Source: Candidatus Multivoradales bacterium
GTDB lineage: Bacteria; Acidobacteriota; Thermoanaerobaculia; Multivoradales; J023
Reading direction: 5' to 3'
Assembly: GCA_965248925.1 (NCBI GenBank)
Contig: CBDFLE010000005.1
Span: forward strand, 1,696,001-1,760,000
DNA length: 64,000 bases
Of this stretch, positions 21,432 through 30,985 are shown in pieces. The position numbers and the translations under genes are program-made. The number at the start of each line of letters is the position of its first letter. The stretch's first letter is position 1. Below the pieces are notes generated by a model. It worked only from the letters and a program-made list of their open reading frames with translations. It searched no databases and was not told the DNA's origin.

Positions 21432-21978
21432 ATGAGTACACCAAATCTCGTAGAGCAAGCTAGCAGCGGGGCGCAACCCTCCGAGCTGCATCTCGCAGAG
21501 CAGCAGCCACGGCCCAAGGCGATCGAGCACATTGCCATCATCTGCTCGAAGGGCAGCCTCGACATGGCCTATCCGGGCCTGATTCTGGCCAATGCCGCCC
21601 GCATGACGGGCATCGACGCGGCTCTCTTCTTCACCTTCTGGGGCCTCGACATCGTCACCGAGAAGACCATCGACAAGCTGCATGTGCCAACCGTGGGCAA
21701 CCCGTCGATGCATGTACCCACCCTGCTCGGTGGGCTACCGGGCAGGGAGAGCCTGGCCACCCTGATGATGAAGTAAAGACATGGAGCACCTCGAAATCCC
21801 GCCGGTACGTGAGCTGATCGAGATGCTCAGCGACGCTGGCGCCCACCTTTTCGGCTGCCGCATGGCGATGGATATTTTCAAACGCAAACGCGAGGACCTG
21901 GTACCGCAGGTCGAAGAAGTCATCTCAGCGATGGATTTCTACGACAAGGCTGCCGGCGCTCAGATCCTCTTCATCTAG
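21432..21978 (+). CDS. DsrE/DsrF/DrsH-like sulfurtransferase; 1-nt insertion near 21774
   Basis: IICSKGSLD, FFTFWGL, then GCRMAMD and AQILFI. AAGTAAAGAC reads K-K-D if one T is removed. Confidence 0.85.
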
Positions 21979-22084
21979 GAGTCTTCCAGAAGACCCTGGA
22001 GCTTGCTATAAGATCGGCGTGTCGTCGGCGACCCGTCGGCGCCGATCAACGACAGCTAGCAGGTCCCTGCTTGGAGAGTTCCGC

Positions 22085-23557
22085 ATGCCGCCTGAGACAA
22101 CAACCCCTACACCGGCAGCCGCCACCGCCAACCTGGGAGATCAGCCGCCGCCCGCGGCCGCCGACGCGACGAACCGATGGCCAGCGTTCTGCGAGGCCAA
22201 CCCCGGCTTCCAGGAGACTGACATTCTCGATCGTTTGCGGCAGCGCGACTTCAGCCGACTCGACGCCGAGAAACACGTCTACCTCGACTACACCGGTGGC
22301 GGACTGTACGGCGACTGGCAGATTCGCCAGCACATGGCGTTGCTGCTACGCCAAGTGCTGGGCAATCCGCACTCCTCCAACCCGACCTCCTCGGTGGCGA
22401 CGGAGATGGCGGAACGTTGCCGCCGCCATGTACTCGACTACTTCGGTGCCTCGCCCGAGCAGTACGCGGTCATCTTCACCGCCAACGCCAGCCAGGCGCT
22501 CAAGCTAGTCGGTGAGTCCTACCCTTTTGGCCCCGGCGACCGCTTCCTGCTCACCTTCGACAATCACAACTCGGTCAACGGCATCCGCGAGTACGATCGG
22601 GTGCGCGGCGCACAAACCACCTATGTGCCGCTGGTTCCTCCCGACCTGCGAGTCGACCCAGAGACCCTTGATCGCTATCTGGCGGAAGCCGACCCCAGCG
22701 CCAACAATCTCTTCGCATTTCCGGCACAGTCGAACTTCTCCGGCGTCCAACACCCCTTGTCTTGGATCGAACGAGCTCAGTCCCGCGGCTGGGATGTGCT
22801 GCTCGACGCCGCTGCTTTCGTGCCTACCAACAGGCTCGACTTGGCAGCGCTGCGCCCCGACTATGTCGCGCTGTCCTTCTACAAGATGTTCGGCTACCCG
22901 ACCGGCGTCGGTGCTCTGATCGCCAGTCACCGGGCCTTGGCCAAACTGGACCGACCTTGGTTTGCCGGCGGCACCATCTCAGTCGCCTCGGTGCAGGCTG
23001 ACAGCCATGTGCTGGCGGCGGGCGCGGAGGCCTTCGAGGACGGCACCCTTAACTACACCAGCCTTCCGGCGGTCGACCTCGGTCTCGACTTGCTGGACAA
23101 GGTTGGGATTGATTTGGTGCATCAGCGGGTGCAAGCCCTTGCCGCTTGGTTGCTCGATGGCCTGTTGGCGATGCGCCACCACAATGGCGAACTACTGGTG
23201 CGCATCTACGGGCCGCCAACGACCGTCGACCGCGGCGCCACAATCGCTTTTAACTTCTGCGACCCGGACGGCGGAGTGCTGGAGCAAGACGAGATCGAAG
23301 CTCGAGCGACCGCCCAGAACATCTCCTTGCGGACCGGCTGCTTCTGCAATCCCGGCGCCGGCGAGCAGGCCTTCGGACTGTCCCGGCAGCAGATCGTCAG
23401 CTGTCTCCACGACACCGAGCAGTGCATGACCTACGAAGATTTCCGCCGCTGCGTCGACTCCGACTCGACCGGCGCGGTGCGCATCTCCCTCGGCTTGGTC
23501 AGTTCTTTCGAAGACGTCGAGACCTTCCTCTCCTTTACCAAAACCTTTCTCGAGTAG
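22085..23557 (+). CDS. Class V PLP aminotransferase, molybdenum-cofactor sulfurase / cysteine desulfurase-like
   Basis: YLDYTGGG, NPHS, DNHNSVNG, AQSNFSG, LDAA, SFYKMFGYPTG, LRTGCFCNPG. Confidence 0.9.
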   Translation: MPPETTTPTPAAATANLGDQPPPAAADATNRWPAFCEANPGFQETDILDRLRQRDFSRLDAEKHVYLDYTGGGLYGDWQIRQHMALLLRQVLGNPHSSNPTSSVATEMAERCRRHVLDYFGASPEQYAVIFTANASQALKLVGESYPFGPGDRFLLTFDNHNSVNGIREYDRVRGAQTTYVPLVPPDLRVDPETLDRYLAEADPSANNLFAFPAQSNFSGVQHPLSWIERAQSRGWDVLLDAAAFVPTNRLDLAALRPDYVALSFYKMFGYPTGVGALIASHRALAKLDRPWFAGGTISVASVQADSHVLAAGAEAFEDGTLNYTSLPAVDLGLDLLDKVGIDLVHQRVQALAAWLLDGLLAMRHHNGELLVRIYGPPTTVDRGATIAFNFCDPDGGVLEQDEIEARATAQNISLRTGCFCNPGAGEQAFGLSRQQIVSCLHDTEQCMTYEDFRRCVDSDSTGAVRISLGLVSSFEDVETFLSFTKTFLE

Positions 23558-23599
23558 CAGCCACCCAAAGAGCCCGCGTTGGAAGTCAGACGCAGGCGG

Positions 23600-24703
23600 T
23601 CACCAGGTCTTCTTCCAACCCCCAAGAACGGCACGAATCGGCCATGGACTCGGCTTCCACCGCTCAGCCGGCCATGGATGGGTCGGGCGGCGGGGGAAGC
23701 GGCTCAACTCGGAGCACCTCAGAAACGGCTGCCAATACTTGGTGAACATCTCCTCGAGGTGCTCTTCCTTGAAAAAGTCGCTATGCTCGAAATTCTCCTG
23801 CGGCAGGTTGACAAGAGCCGAGGCGGCGTTCGGTAGTTCGTCGTCCCATCCGCCCGGCGAGTCGAAGCCGCGGTGCCCGGAAGGTCCCGCGTCGGGCACT
23901 CCAAAGTGTGCCCACGGGATCACTGAGTCCTCGGTCCCATAATGATTGAGTACCCCTTCGACCTGCCCGCGGCGGAAAAGGGTCGCCCAGTCGAAATCGG
24001 GGCGTAGCGCGCTCCCGAGCAGAATTAGACGTCCGATCTTGAGCTTCGGATGGCTGTGGAGAGCGTGACCAATGAGCCAGGTGCCAAAGCTATGAGCGAT
24101 GACGTCAGGTTTGGTCTTGCCAATCACTTGGCGCACTTTCTGCTCGGCGATATGCAGCGTCTTGACGACCGTCTCGACCATCCGGCGCTGGCGGCACTTG
24201 ACGGTCACTCCCAGCGTCCTAAAACCGTATTTCTGGATACGCACCGGCACCATCCGGCCGTAGGACATTGATACGTTCCAACTGAACTCTTCCTGCCACT
24301 CGCCACGCGACAACATGCCATGCAAGGCATAGAGCCAGCCCACATGCCGACGCTCGAACCCGGCACGCCGAATCGCCACGACATGAATCGGTCCCGAATG
24401 GCCCTCGTCGGTGAAACTGTGTTGCTGGGACGCACACAGGTCGCCAATCGGCTTTTGATCTTGTTGCTCTTGGCAGATCGGGCACTTCCAGAACTCCGCC
24501 TCGAGATCGCACCAGACGGTCGAAGCCAGCTCCTTGAGCATTTTGACCGCGACCTCGGCCGGCCGATCGAGGTTGTCGGCGATCGGCCATCGCACCACAC
24601 TTTCGTTGTCGAGATCCACCGGCTCAATGCCGTCGCCCAGCCTTCGCAACTTGATCAGCCACTCGTCCGGATAACGCCCTTTGAGATTGTCGATCACATT
24701 CAT
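23600..24703 (-). CDS. Alpha/beta-hydrolase-fold protein with N-terminal Zn-ribbon-like domain
   Basis: CPIC...C...H in the N-terminus; LHGM, IAHSFGT nucleophile elbow, LLGS, EDSV, FEHSDFF. Confidence 0.7.
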   Translation of the reverse strand: MNVIDNLKGRYPDEWLIKLRRLGDGIEPVDLDNESVVRWPIADNLDRPAEVAVKMLKELASTVWCDLEAEFWKCPICQEQQDQKPIGDLCASQQHSFTDEGHSGPIHVVAIRRAGFERRHVGWLYALHGMLSRGEWQEEFSWNVSMSYGRMVPVRIQKYGFRTLGVTVKCRQRRMVETVVKTLHIAEQKVRQVIGKTKPDVIAHSFGTWLIGHALHSHPKLKIGRLILLGSALRPDFDWATLFRRGQVEGVLNHYGTEDSVIPWAHFGVPDAGPSGHRGFDSPGGWDDELPNAASALVNLPQENFEHSDFFKEEHLEEMFTKYWQPFLRCSELSRFPRRPTHPWPAERWKPSPWPIRAVLGGWKKTW

Positions 24704-25764
24704 CGTACGCCGTCCAGAGTGAGTAAGATGTCCCAGACATCCTCGCGGTCGAGCTCGCTGCCGATCCGGATTCGGCTCTTTGAAGGATAGAGGTGGACGC
24801 GGGTTAGGCGCGAACTGCGGCGGTCAGGATCGGCATTGAAACCGAACTCGCCGGCCGACGCTTCGAAATCTTCTCGTAGGGCCTTCTTCGAGATCGTTCT
24901 GCGCACATCCATGACCGCCGGAGGCAGCGCCCCTGGGGCCGTATTGGTGAACTGCACCGCGGCTCGCTGGTGGGTGAGCTTGGTGGCACGGACCTGATAG
25001 CGCCCCGCTGCTTCGTTCTTGTTGACGACCGCGGAGTCCACCTTCTTGATCAGATCCGACAACTGCCAGGCCCTACCGGCAATCGATCCCAAGTTCCCAC
25101 TGCCGACGGCCACCTTGCCCAAATCGGCCCAAGCCTGCTGGACGGCGCCCGCGTGATCGCTGGTCCTCACGCCTTGGCGCACGAACAAGGCGGCAAGCGC
25201 CCGACGGCTGTCGCGGGGAGCGAGTAGAGCAAAACGGGTCACGATCCGCCCCGGTTGCAGGCGAAAGGCGTCGAAGCGATAGACGTCTCCTTCGATCTCC
25301 TTGCGTTCAATATCCTGCGACGTGTCGCGGACCCAGCCCGGCACCCCCATGTGCCACTCGAAGATCAGCGCCCGCGCGTCGTCGTCGAAGAAGACGCGAG
25401 TGAGTTCGGTCTTGGGCGGAAAGAGGTTCGAGTTGGGAGCGTCCCAGAACTTGGTGAGGCCATTGTTGCGAATCAGTTTCTTAGCAGCGTTCTCGGAACC
25501 GAAATTGGCCCTCGCGGCGAAGGCTTTCGGTACTTCGAACGGGTAGATATGCTGGTTCCCCCACCCTTCGACCTTATCGATCCAATCGTCGAGAATCTTT
25601 GCAGTGAGTTTCCCGCTGTCGATGGCTTTCTTAAGCAATGCCTCGAACTGATCCTTGTTGGCACCAGCACCGAGATTCTTGCTGCGCAGCAACTCACGGA
25701 TGAAGACGTTACCCTGTTTCAACACGATGTGATCGATACGTTCGTATAATTCATTCTCCGACAC
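24700..25764 (-). CDS. Hypothetical protein (354 aa), translationally coupled to the hydrolase
   Basis: Long ORF with AGGAGG RBS; ATGA overlap with the next gene; no family recognised. Confidence 0.75.
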   Translation of the reverse strand: MSENELYERIDHIVLKQGNVFIRELLRSKNLGAGANKDQFEALLKKAIDSGKLTAKILDDWIDKVEGWGNQHIYPFEVPKAFAARANFGSENAAKKLIRNNGLTKFWDAPNSNLFPPKTELTRVFFDDDARALIFEWHMGVPGWVRDTSQDIERKEIEGDVYRFDAFRLQPGRIVTRFALLAPRDSRRALAALFVRQGVRTSDHAGAVQQAWADLGKVAVGSGNLGSIAGRAWQLSDLIKKVDSAVVNKNEAAGRYQVRATKLTHQRAAVQFTNTAPGALPPAVMDVRRTISKKALREDFEASAGEFGFNADPDRRSSRLTRVHLYPSKSRIRIGSELDREDVWDILLTLDGVR

Positions 25765-25861
25765 AGCTGAGCCCTCCTAATGCTTCTACAGCGCAAACCT
25801 TATTGTGAATCCCCCACTCGAATATGGGACGATCCTGATCCCTGGTGGAAAAAACCTCTCC

Positions 25862-26584
25862 TCAACCCATCAGCCGACTCAGAAAATCACCAATCCAGTA
25901 GGCCAGAGCCGCGGCCCCGCCGCCGATCAATAGAGTCCCCAAGCCAGCCTTCCACCAGGGTTCTACCGACCACCGGCTGCGGGCACAGCCGATGGCAAAG
26001 AACACCAGGCCGGTCATCACGGTGGCTATCGCGAAGGGATGTGCAGAGCCAATCAGGTAGGGCAGCAAGGGCACAACTCCGCAGAGCTGAAAAGCGACAA
26101 AGGTACTCCAGCCAGCCAGCCACGGCGAGCGCACCTCGCCGGGCAAGCCATACTCCTCGCGCAGCATGGCACCGACCCAACGCTCGCGATCGGCGGTGAT
26201 CGCCGCCACCACCTGCGCCAGCTCCTCACCTTCCAGACCTTTGGCGGCGAAGATTTGGCGAATCTCCTCCCGTTCACCGTCTGGATTGTGCTCTATATGG
26301 CGCAGCTCGACGCGGCGCAGATGCTCCAATTCGTCCAACTCAGCGCGGGTTGCCGAATAGTTGCCGGCGGCCATTGAGAAACCATCAGCGACCAGATTGG
26401 CTACGCCGAGAATTACGATCAGCCGCGACTCAAGATCGGCGCCGGCAACCCCCGAGACTATGGCGAAGGTGGTGACCGCGCCATCGATACCGCCATAGAT
26501 CCAATCGCGCAGGTAGCTCAGCCGCGGGCCGGCGGCCAGGCGCTGGCTAATCGCTTCCGGAGTGTGCTCGTGTTCCATTTTCAT
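25862..26584 (-). CDS. VIT1/CCC1 family Fe/Mn transporter
   Basis: YLRDWIYGGIDGAVTTFA, NLVADGFSMAAGNY, EREEI, MLREEYG. Confidence 0.93.
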   Translation of the reverse strand: MKMEHEHTPEAISQRLAAGPRLSYLRDWIYGGIDGAVTTFAIVSGVAGADLESRLIVILGVANLVADGFSMAAGNYSATRAELDELEHLRRVELRHIEHNPDGEREEIRQIFAAKGLEGEELAQVVAAITADRERWVGAMLREEYGLPGEVRSPWLAGWSTFVAFQLCGVVPLLPYLIGSAHPFAIATVMTGLVFFAIGCARSRWSVEPWWKAGLGTLLIGGGAAALAYWIGDFLSRLMG

Positions 26585-26655
26585 CGCTAGTTCCCTCTCG
26601 CCCGCAACCGGGCCGCCAGCCAACGCCGGTGAGAGAACTCCGGTGGGAGAACTCG

Positions 26656-28551
26656 CTACAGCCCCGCGGCCACCGCCCGCAGCAGATCGCGCTCGGTGAG
26701 GATACCCACTAGTCGCTGATCAGCAACTACCAGCAAGCAGCCGCCGCCGCTGTCGAGCACCAATTGTAAAGCCTGGCGCCATGGCACTTCGGGGGCAACT
26801 CGAGGAGGATCACGGTCCATGATCGTTTCGACCGCCACCGACTCGGCACCACTCTCAGCCGTCCGCCGCTGCTGCAAGCGGAGCAAGGCTCGGTGCGACA
26901 CCAAGCCCACCAACTGGCCGCCGGTGGTCTCCACCGGCACATGGCGAAAGTGCTTCCAACTCATCAGCCGGGTCGCCAGATCGACCACGTCATGGGGTCG
27001 CACGGTGAACAGATCTGTAGTCATTATGTCAGCCACGGTTGAAGCCTGTAAGGCCACCGCGATAGTGGCTGGTTCGAGAGGTGGCCAGGCATGGACCGGC
27101 TCGCCACTCTGCTGATGGCTGATCATCGCTTCCACCAGCCGCGCCGCCCGCGCGTCGAGGGCAGTCCGCGGGTCGAGAGAGGCGACCGCGTCGAGAAGCC
27201 ACCGGGCGCCCGTGCGGCGCGACTCCACTCGTGCTTCGACAGTCCCCAGATAGCGATCTACATCCTCTTCCGGCACTGCGATCGAGCTTAGGCCACGACG
27301 GGCGATCGGCAGCAACTCCTCAAGTAGTAGCTGGCGAGCACCGATGCGTCGGCCATCGAGCCAACTGAGTCGCGCGCCCAGACTCTGGCGAGCAGCGTTA
27401 ACGAAATTGCCCTTGGCGGCATCGAACAACATCCGCGACGGAATCTCGGCGCTGCTCTCGTCGAGCCCGACCATCAGACCGTAAAACAGGGCCGCGTTGG
27501 CAACTTCGTCGAGCACCGTCGGTCCGGCGGGCAGCACCCGGTTCTCAATCCGTAGATGGGCCACTCCGTCGGCCACGCCGTAGCAAGGGCGATTCCAGCG
27601 CCACACGGTGCCGTTGTGCAACATCAGCGCCGACAACTTGGGAGCCTCACCTCGCTCCACCCGCTCCAGCGGCGGTGGGTCGAGTTCCCGGCTGAGCATT
27701 ACTGGAAAACGCGCCGCGGCATCCTGAAAGAGCTCTAGAACAGACTCGTCTACCCAACCGTTGCCGAAAGTCACCCTTGGCGCCCGCCCACGCTCCCGAG
27801 CGGCACCCGAGCGGGCATCGACCGAACGCTCGAACAGTGCCACTCGGGTCTCATGCCAAAGACGTTTACCGAGCAGCAAGGGTGAATTGGCCGCCGCTGC
27901 CAGCAGCGGAGCGGTGATCAGTTGGGCCAGGTTATAACGCCGCGCAAAATCCTCAGGCCCCACCTGCAAGTGCAGCTGGAAGCTGGTGTTGGCGGCCTCG
28001 AACATGACGTTGTCGGAACTCAGTTCCAACTCGTCGACACCGCGAATGAAGATCGAAAAACTACCCTCGCCGAGAGCCAGCAAAGCTTCGTTGAGCTGGT
28101 GATAGCGAGGCATCGGAGTCATGAACTTCAGACTCAAATCCTCGCGCCGCAAACTAGGCAGAATACCGGTGAGCAAGACCCGTGCGCCCTCCTCCCGAGC
28201 ACCCGAGTTCACTTCGGCGACAACCGCAACGAGTTCATTCTCCAACTGCCGCAGGAAGGACCCGCCGAGCCGCTGCGGGTCAAGATTGGCTTCGAGGTTG
28301 AAGACAGCCAGTTCAGTGGTGAGGCGGGGGTCTTGACAGCCTTCCAACACCGCCAACGAAGCCCCCGCTGGCCGACCACCGCTATCGACCAGGGTCATCT
28401 CCTGTTCAGCACCAATCCGCCGCACCCCGGTCTCGAACATCCCGCGGCGCAGCATCGATTCGAGCGCTTCGAGGTCGGCCAACACCGCCTGGGTGAAGTC
28501 GCGTATCTCTTCCGGATCATTGCCGGTGCGTGTTTCGTGGTGACCCATCAA
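26656..28551 (-). CDS. Glutamate-cysteine ligase family 2 protein fused to a C-terminal CBS pair
   Basis: IGAEQE, TTELAVFNLE, TSFQLHLQ, ANSP, WRWNRP, LRIENR; CBS FRHVPV and LVGILTERD. Confidence 0.85.
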   Translation of the reverse strand: MMGHHETRTGNDPEEIRDFTQAVLADLEALESMLRRGMFETGVRRIGAEQEMTLVDSGGRPAGASLAVLEGCQDPRLTTELAVFNLEANLDPQRLGGSFLRQLENELVAVVAEVNSGAREEGARVLLTGILPSLRREDLSLKFMTPMPRYHQLNEALLALGEGSFSIFIRGVDELELSSDNVMFEAANTSFQLHLQVGPEDFARRYNLAQLITAPLLAAAANSPLLLGKRLWHETRVALFERSVDARSGAARERGRAPRVTFGNGWVDESVLELFQDAAARFPVMLSRELDPPPLERVERGEAPKLSALMLHNGTVWRWNRPCYGVADGVAHLRIENRVLPAGPTVLDEVANAALFYGLMVGLDESSAEIPSRMLFDAAKGNFVNAARQSLGARLSWLDGRRIGARQLLLEELLPIARRGLSSIAVPEEDVDRYLGTVEARVESRRTGARWLLDAVASLDPRTALDARAARLVEAMISHQQSGEPVHAWPPLEPATIAVALQASTVADIMTTDLFTVRPHDVVDLATRLMSWKHFRHVPVETTGGQLVGLVSHRALLRLQQRRTAESGAESVAVETIMDRDPPRVAPEVPWRQALQLVLDSGGGCLLVVADQRLVGILTERDLLRAVAAGL

Positions 28552-28605
28552 CCAACCTAGGTAGCCATCTCAATATTCCAAGGTAGCGCTGAAACTAGCT
28601 CTACT

Positions 28606-28691
28606 TACCCGTCAAGGCCACACCCTAAAAGGCGGTATCTCTCGGCCCCGTCCGCGCCCCGGCATGGGAGCCCGAACTACCTTGGCGGGCG
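28606..28691. promoter_or_regulatory. Candidate response-regulator boxes upstream of the GCS2-CBS/VIT1 operon
   Basis: TACC-CGTCAA-GGCC at 28606; CACC-CTAAAA-GGCG at 28621; TACC-TTGGCG-GGCG at 28678. Confidence 0.45.
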
Positions 28692-28714
28692 GGAACGTGA
28701 AGCGCCAGTTGGCG

Positions 28715-30622
28715 TCAAGAGGCTAACAAATGCTCCAGGAAGGCAGCCGCCTGATCGTTGTCTGGCTCGAGGCTGAGTGCCTGGCGATAAGCTCGCGCGG
28801 CTTCCGCGGGCTCTTCGAGCCGTTCTAAGACCCGCCCCAGATAGACCCAGGCGACAGGGAAATTGGGGCGCAGCTCAACCGCCTGGCGGAGCGCCGCGGC
28901 CGCTTCCTCGAAACGCCCCAAGGCGGCCAGCACCAACCCTTGATTAAACAGCGGCTCCGGGCGGCCCCCAGCAGTGGCCAACGACAGCTTCAGATCCGCC
29001 AACGCACCTTCTTTATCCTCCAGTTGGACGCGGGCAATGGCCCGCCAATCCCGGGCCGACACCAGCTCTGGCCACACCTCCAGAGTCGCCGTCGCCACCG
29101 CGGCCGCCGCAGCGAAGTTCCCCACTCCGAGCAAGCCCTTGATCAGGTCGAGTTGCGGCTCTGGCGAATCCAGCTGCTGGCCTGGCAGGACCGCGGCCAA
29201 GTAGCGAGTCGCAGCAGCGCTGCCACCAGCGCGAATCACCGCACTCGCCCGGTAGATGCCGTCCAGCTCAGCATTGGAACCTGGCAGCGGCCGGATCAAC
29301 TCGGCTTCGGTCAGAATCGGCACCGTCTCCTCCAGCTCGGCGAGCAGTTCTTCGCCGCCGGGTCGACGACGGATGAGATGGTCTGTCATCACCACCTGCA
29401 CGACATCCTGAGTCCGCCGCCGAGACATGTGGCAAGCGGCACAATCGTCTGCCGCCACCGCCGGCAGGTCGACCCCGTCAGCCATCGACGACAGGGCGCA
29501 AGCCGCCGCCTGATGGCAGGAGAGACAGGCGTCGCGATAGTGCGCCTTGCGCGCGGCCGGCGCCACCTTGCGATGGGGATCGTGGCAGCGACTACAGCTC
29601 AGCTCGCCCGGCGGCGATTGCCTGAAGCAAGCACTCTGCTCTAACCGGTAAGGATGATGATTGATCTCGAAACGCTGTTCCCGGCTTCTATCTTGCTCAT
29701 CGACATCGAGCAACGCCAAGTAATCGGTCAGAGGTTCACCAGGGCGGAAGGAGTAGATCGAGCGACCAAAACGACGTACTCCAGCGAGCACCACGGAGGG
29801 TTGGAAATGGCAGCCATAGCAAATGTCAGCCGCCAGCCGCGGCGCCAACTTCGCCGGATTGACGATGGTCGAGCGCGCCGCTTCGCTAGCGCCCGAGACC
29901 GCTGCACGCAAGTGTTCAGCACCGGGGCCGTGGCAACGCTGGCAACCGATCCCCTGTGGCAGGTCCAGCGGAAAAGTCTGCGCCATGGCATAGGCATCGC
30001 TGCCGCTGGCAACCTCCGGATAGGCGTTGTGGCAGAACATGCACTCATGCCGCACCCGTCGTTCCAGGCCGGCATGATCAGCCGAGTCAAACCCCGGCGC
30101 CATCCCCCACTTCGCCCCCTGGCTGTACCAGGCCAGAGGCAGCTGGTAGAGCTCGCCGCCAGGGTCGTGGATCAGATAGAGGCGCGAGGTATGACCCGAA
30201 CCGAGAATCCAATCGACCTCGACCTCGTAGGGATGCAGCCGCTGGCCATCGCTGTCGACTCGGTAGCGCTCGAAAAACAGCCGCTCCCCCTGGCGTCGCA
30301 TGCGGTAATAGCGCTGTGAGGGCTGGTGGTAGAACGGCTCGGCGGTGAAATCCTCGATCATCCGCTCAGCGCTGGGCCGAAAAAAACTCTGCGCCATGCC
30401 GACCTCTTGAAAGGCGCTGTAGATCTCCGAATGACAGCTGGCACAGGCGCGATCGGGTACATAGCCGGGGGCCGCGCCGACGCTGACCGGGATACCCCTT
30501 TGCGCCAGCACATCCCCCGAGGGGGCCCGGCAGCCAGCGCTCAGCAGCGCGACCGCCACTAGCAATGCAGCCGCCGCCTGCCTTGCAAGGCGACTCGTCG
30601 AGGGCTGGTCGATGAGGGACAA
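28715..30622 (-). CDS. Multiheme cytochrome c (7 CxxCH) with C-terminal TPR repeats, lipoprotein
   Basis: CASCH, CMFCH, CQRCH, CYGCH, CSRCH, CLSCH, CAACH; LSAGC lipobox; TPR-like C-terminus. Confidence 0.88.
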   Translation of the reverse strand: MSLIDQPSTSRLARQAAAALLVAVALLSAGCRAPSGDVLAQRGIPVSVGAAPGYVPDRACASCHSEIYSAFQEVGMAQSFFRPSAERMIEDFTAEPFYHQPSQRYYRMRRQGERLFFERYRVDSDGQRLHPYEVEVDWILGSGHTSRLYLIHDPGGELYQLPLAWYSQGAKWGMAPGFDSADHAGLERRVRHECMFCHNAYPEVASGSDAYAMAQTFPLDLPQGIGCQRCHGPGAEHLRAAVSGASEAARSTIVNPAKLAPRLAADICYGCHFQPSVVLAGVRRFGRSIYSFRPGEPLTDYLALLDVDEQDRSREQRFEINHHPYRLEQSACFRQSPPGELSCSRCHDPHRKVAPAARKAHYRDACLSCHQAAACALSSMADGVDLPAVAADDCAACHMSRRRTQDVVQVVMTDHLIRRRPGGEELLAELEETVPILTEAELIRPLPGSNAELDGIYRASAVIRAGGSAAATRYLAAVLPGQQLDSPEPQLDLIKGLLGVGNFAAAAAVATATLEVWPELVSARDWRAIARVQLEDKEGALADLKLSLATAGGRPEPLFNQGLVLAALGRFEEAAAALRQAVELRPNFPVAWVYLGRVLERLEEPAEAARAYRQALSLEPDNDQAAAFLEHLLAS

Positions 30623-30680
30623 CTAGCGACTTCTCCGTGGTCCGAGCATGGCCCGATTGTGCCACGAACCGGGTCCCAGA

Positions 30681-30701
30681 AAAGAGTGGCACCTTGTTCG
30701 G
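30681..30701 (+). repeat. 21-bp direct repeat, copy 1
   Basis: AAAGAGTGGCACCTTGTTCGG; 18/21 identical to copy 2. Confidence 0.7.
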
Positions 30702-30828
30702 GTGCGAGTGCGGTTCTTTGGTGATTGCCAATACCGGCTAGAGTTCACAAAGTCGCCCAATCCGCCGATAGCACCTCTGCCTGTTCTAACACCGTCCGGG
30801 TAGCCTTCTCTTGCTTGTCCAGCCACGA

Positions 30829-30849
30829 AGAGGGTGGCACCTCGTTCGG
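30829..30849 (+). repeat. 21-bp direct repeat, copy 2
   Basis: AGAGGGTGGCACCTCGTTCGG. Confidence 0.8.
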
Positions 30850-30985
30850 CACCAAGTGCGGAATTTCATCGCGGCGACTGATCTCAAAAAATTTATTCAC
30901 TTCGGACGGATTCTACGCTTTTCGAGATAGGGCCAAACAGGAGCCCGCTGTTTCTATCCTCAGCTCGAGAATAAGGAGTTCAAGA

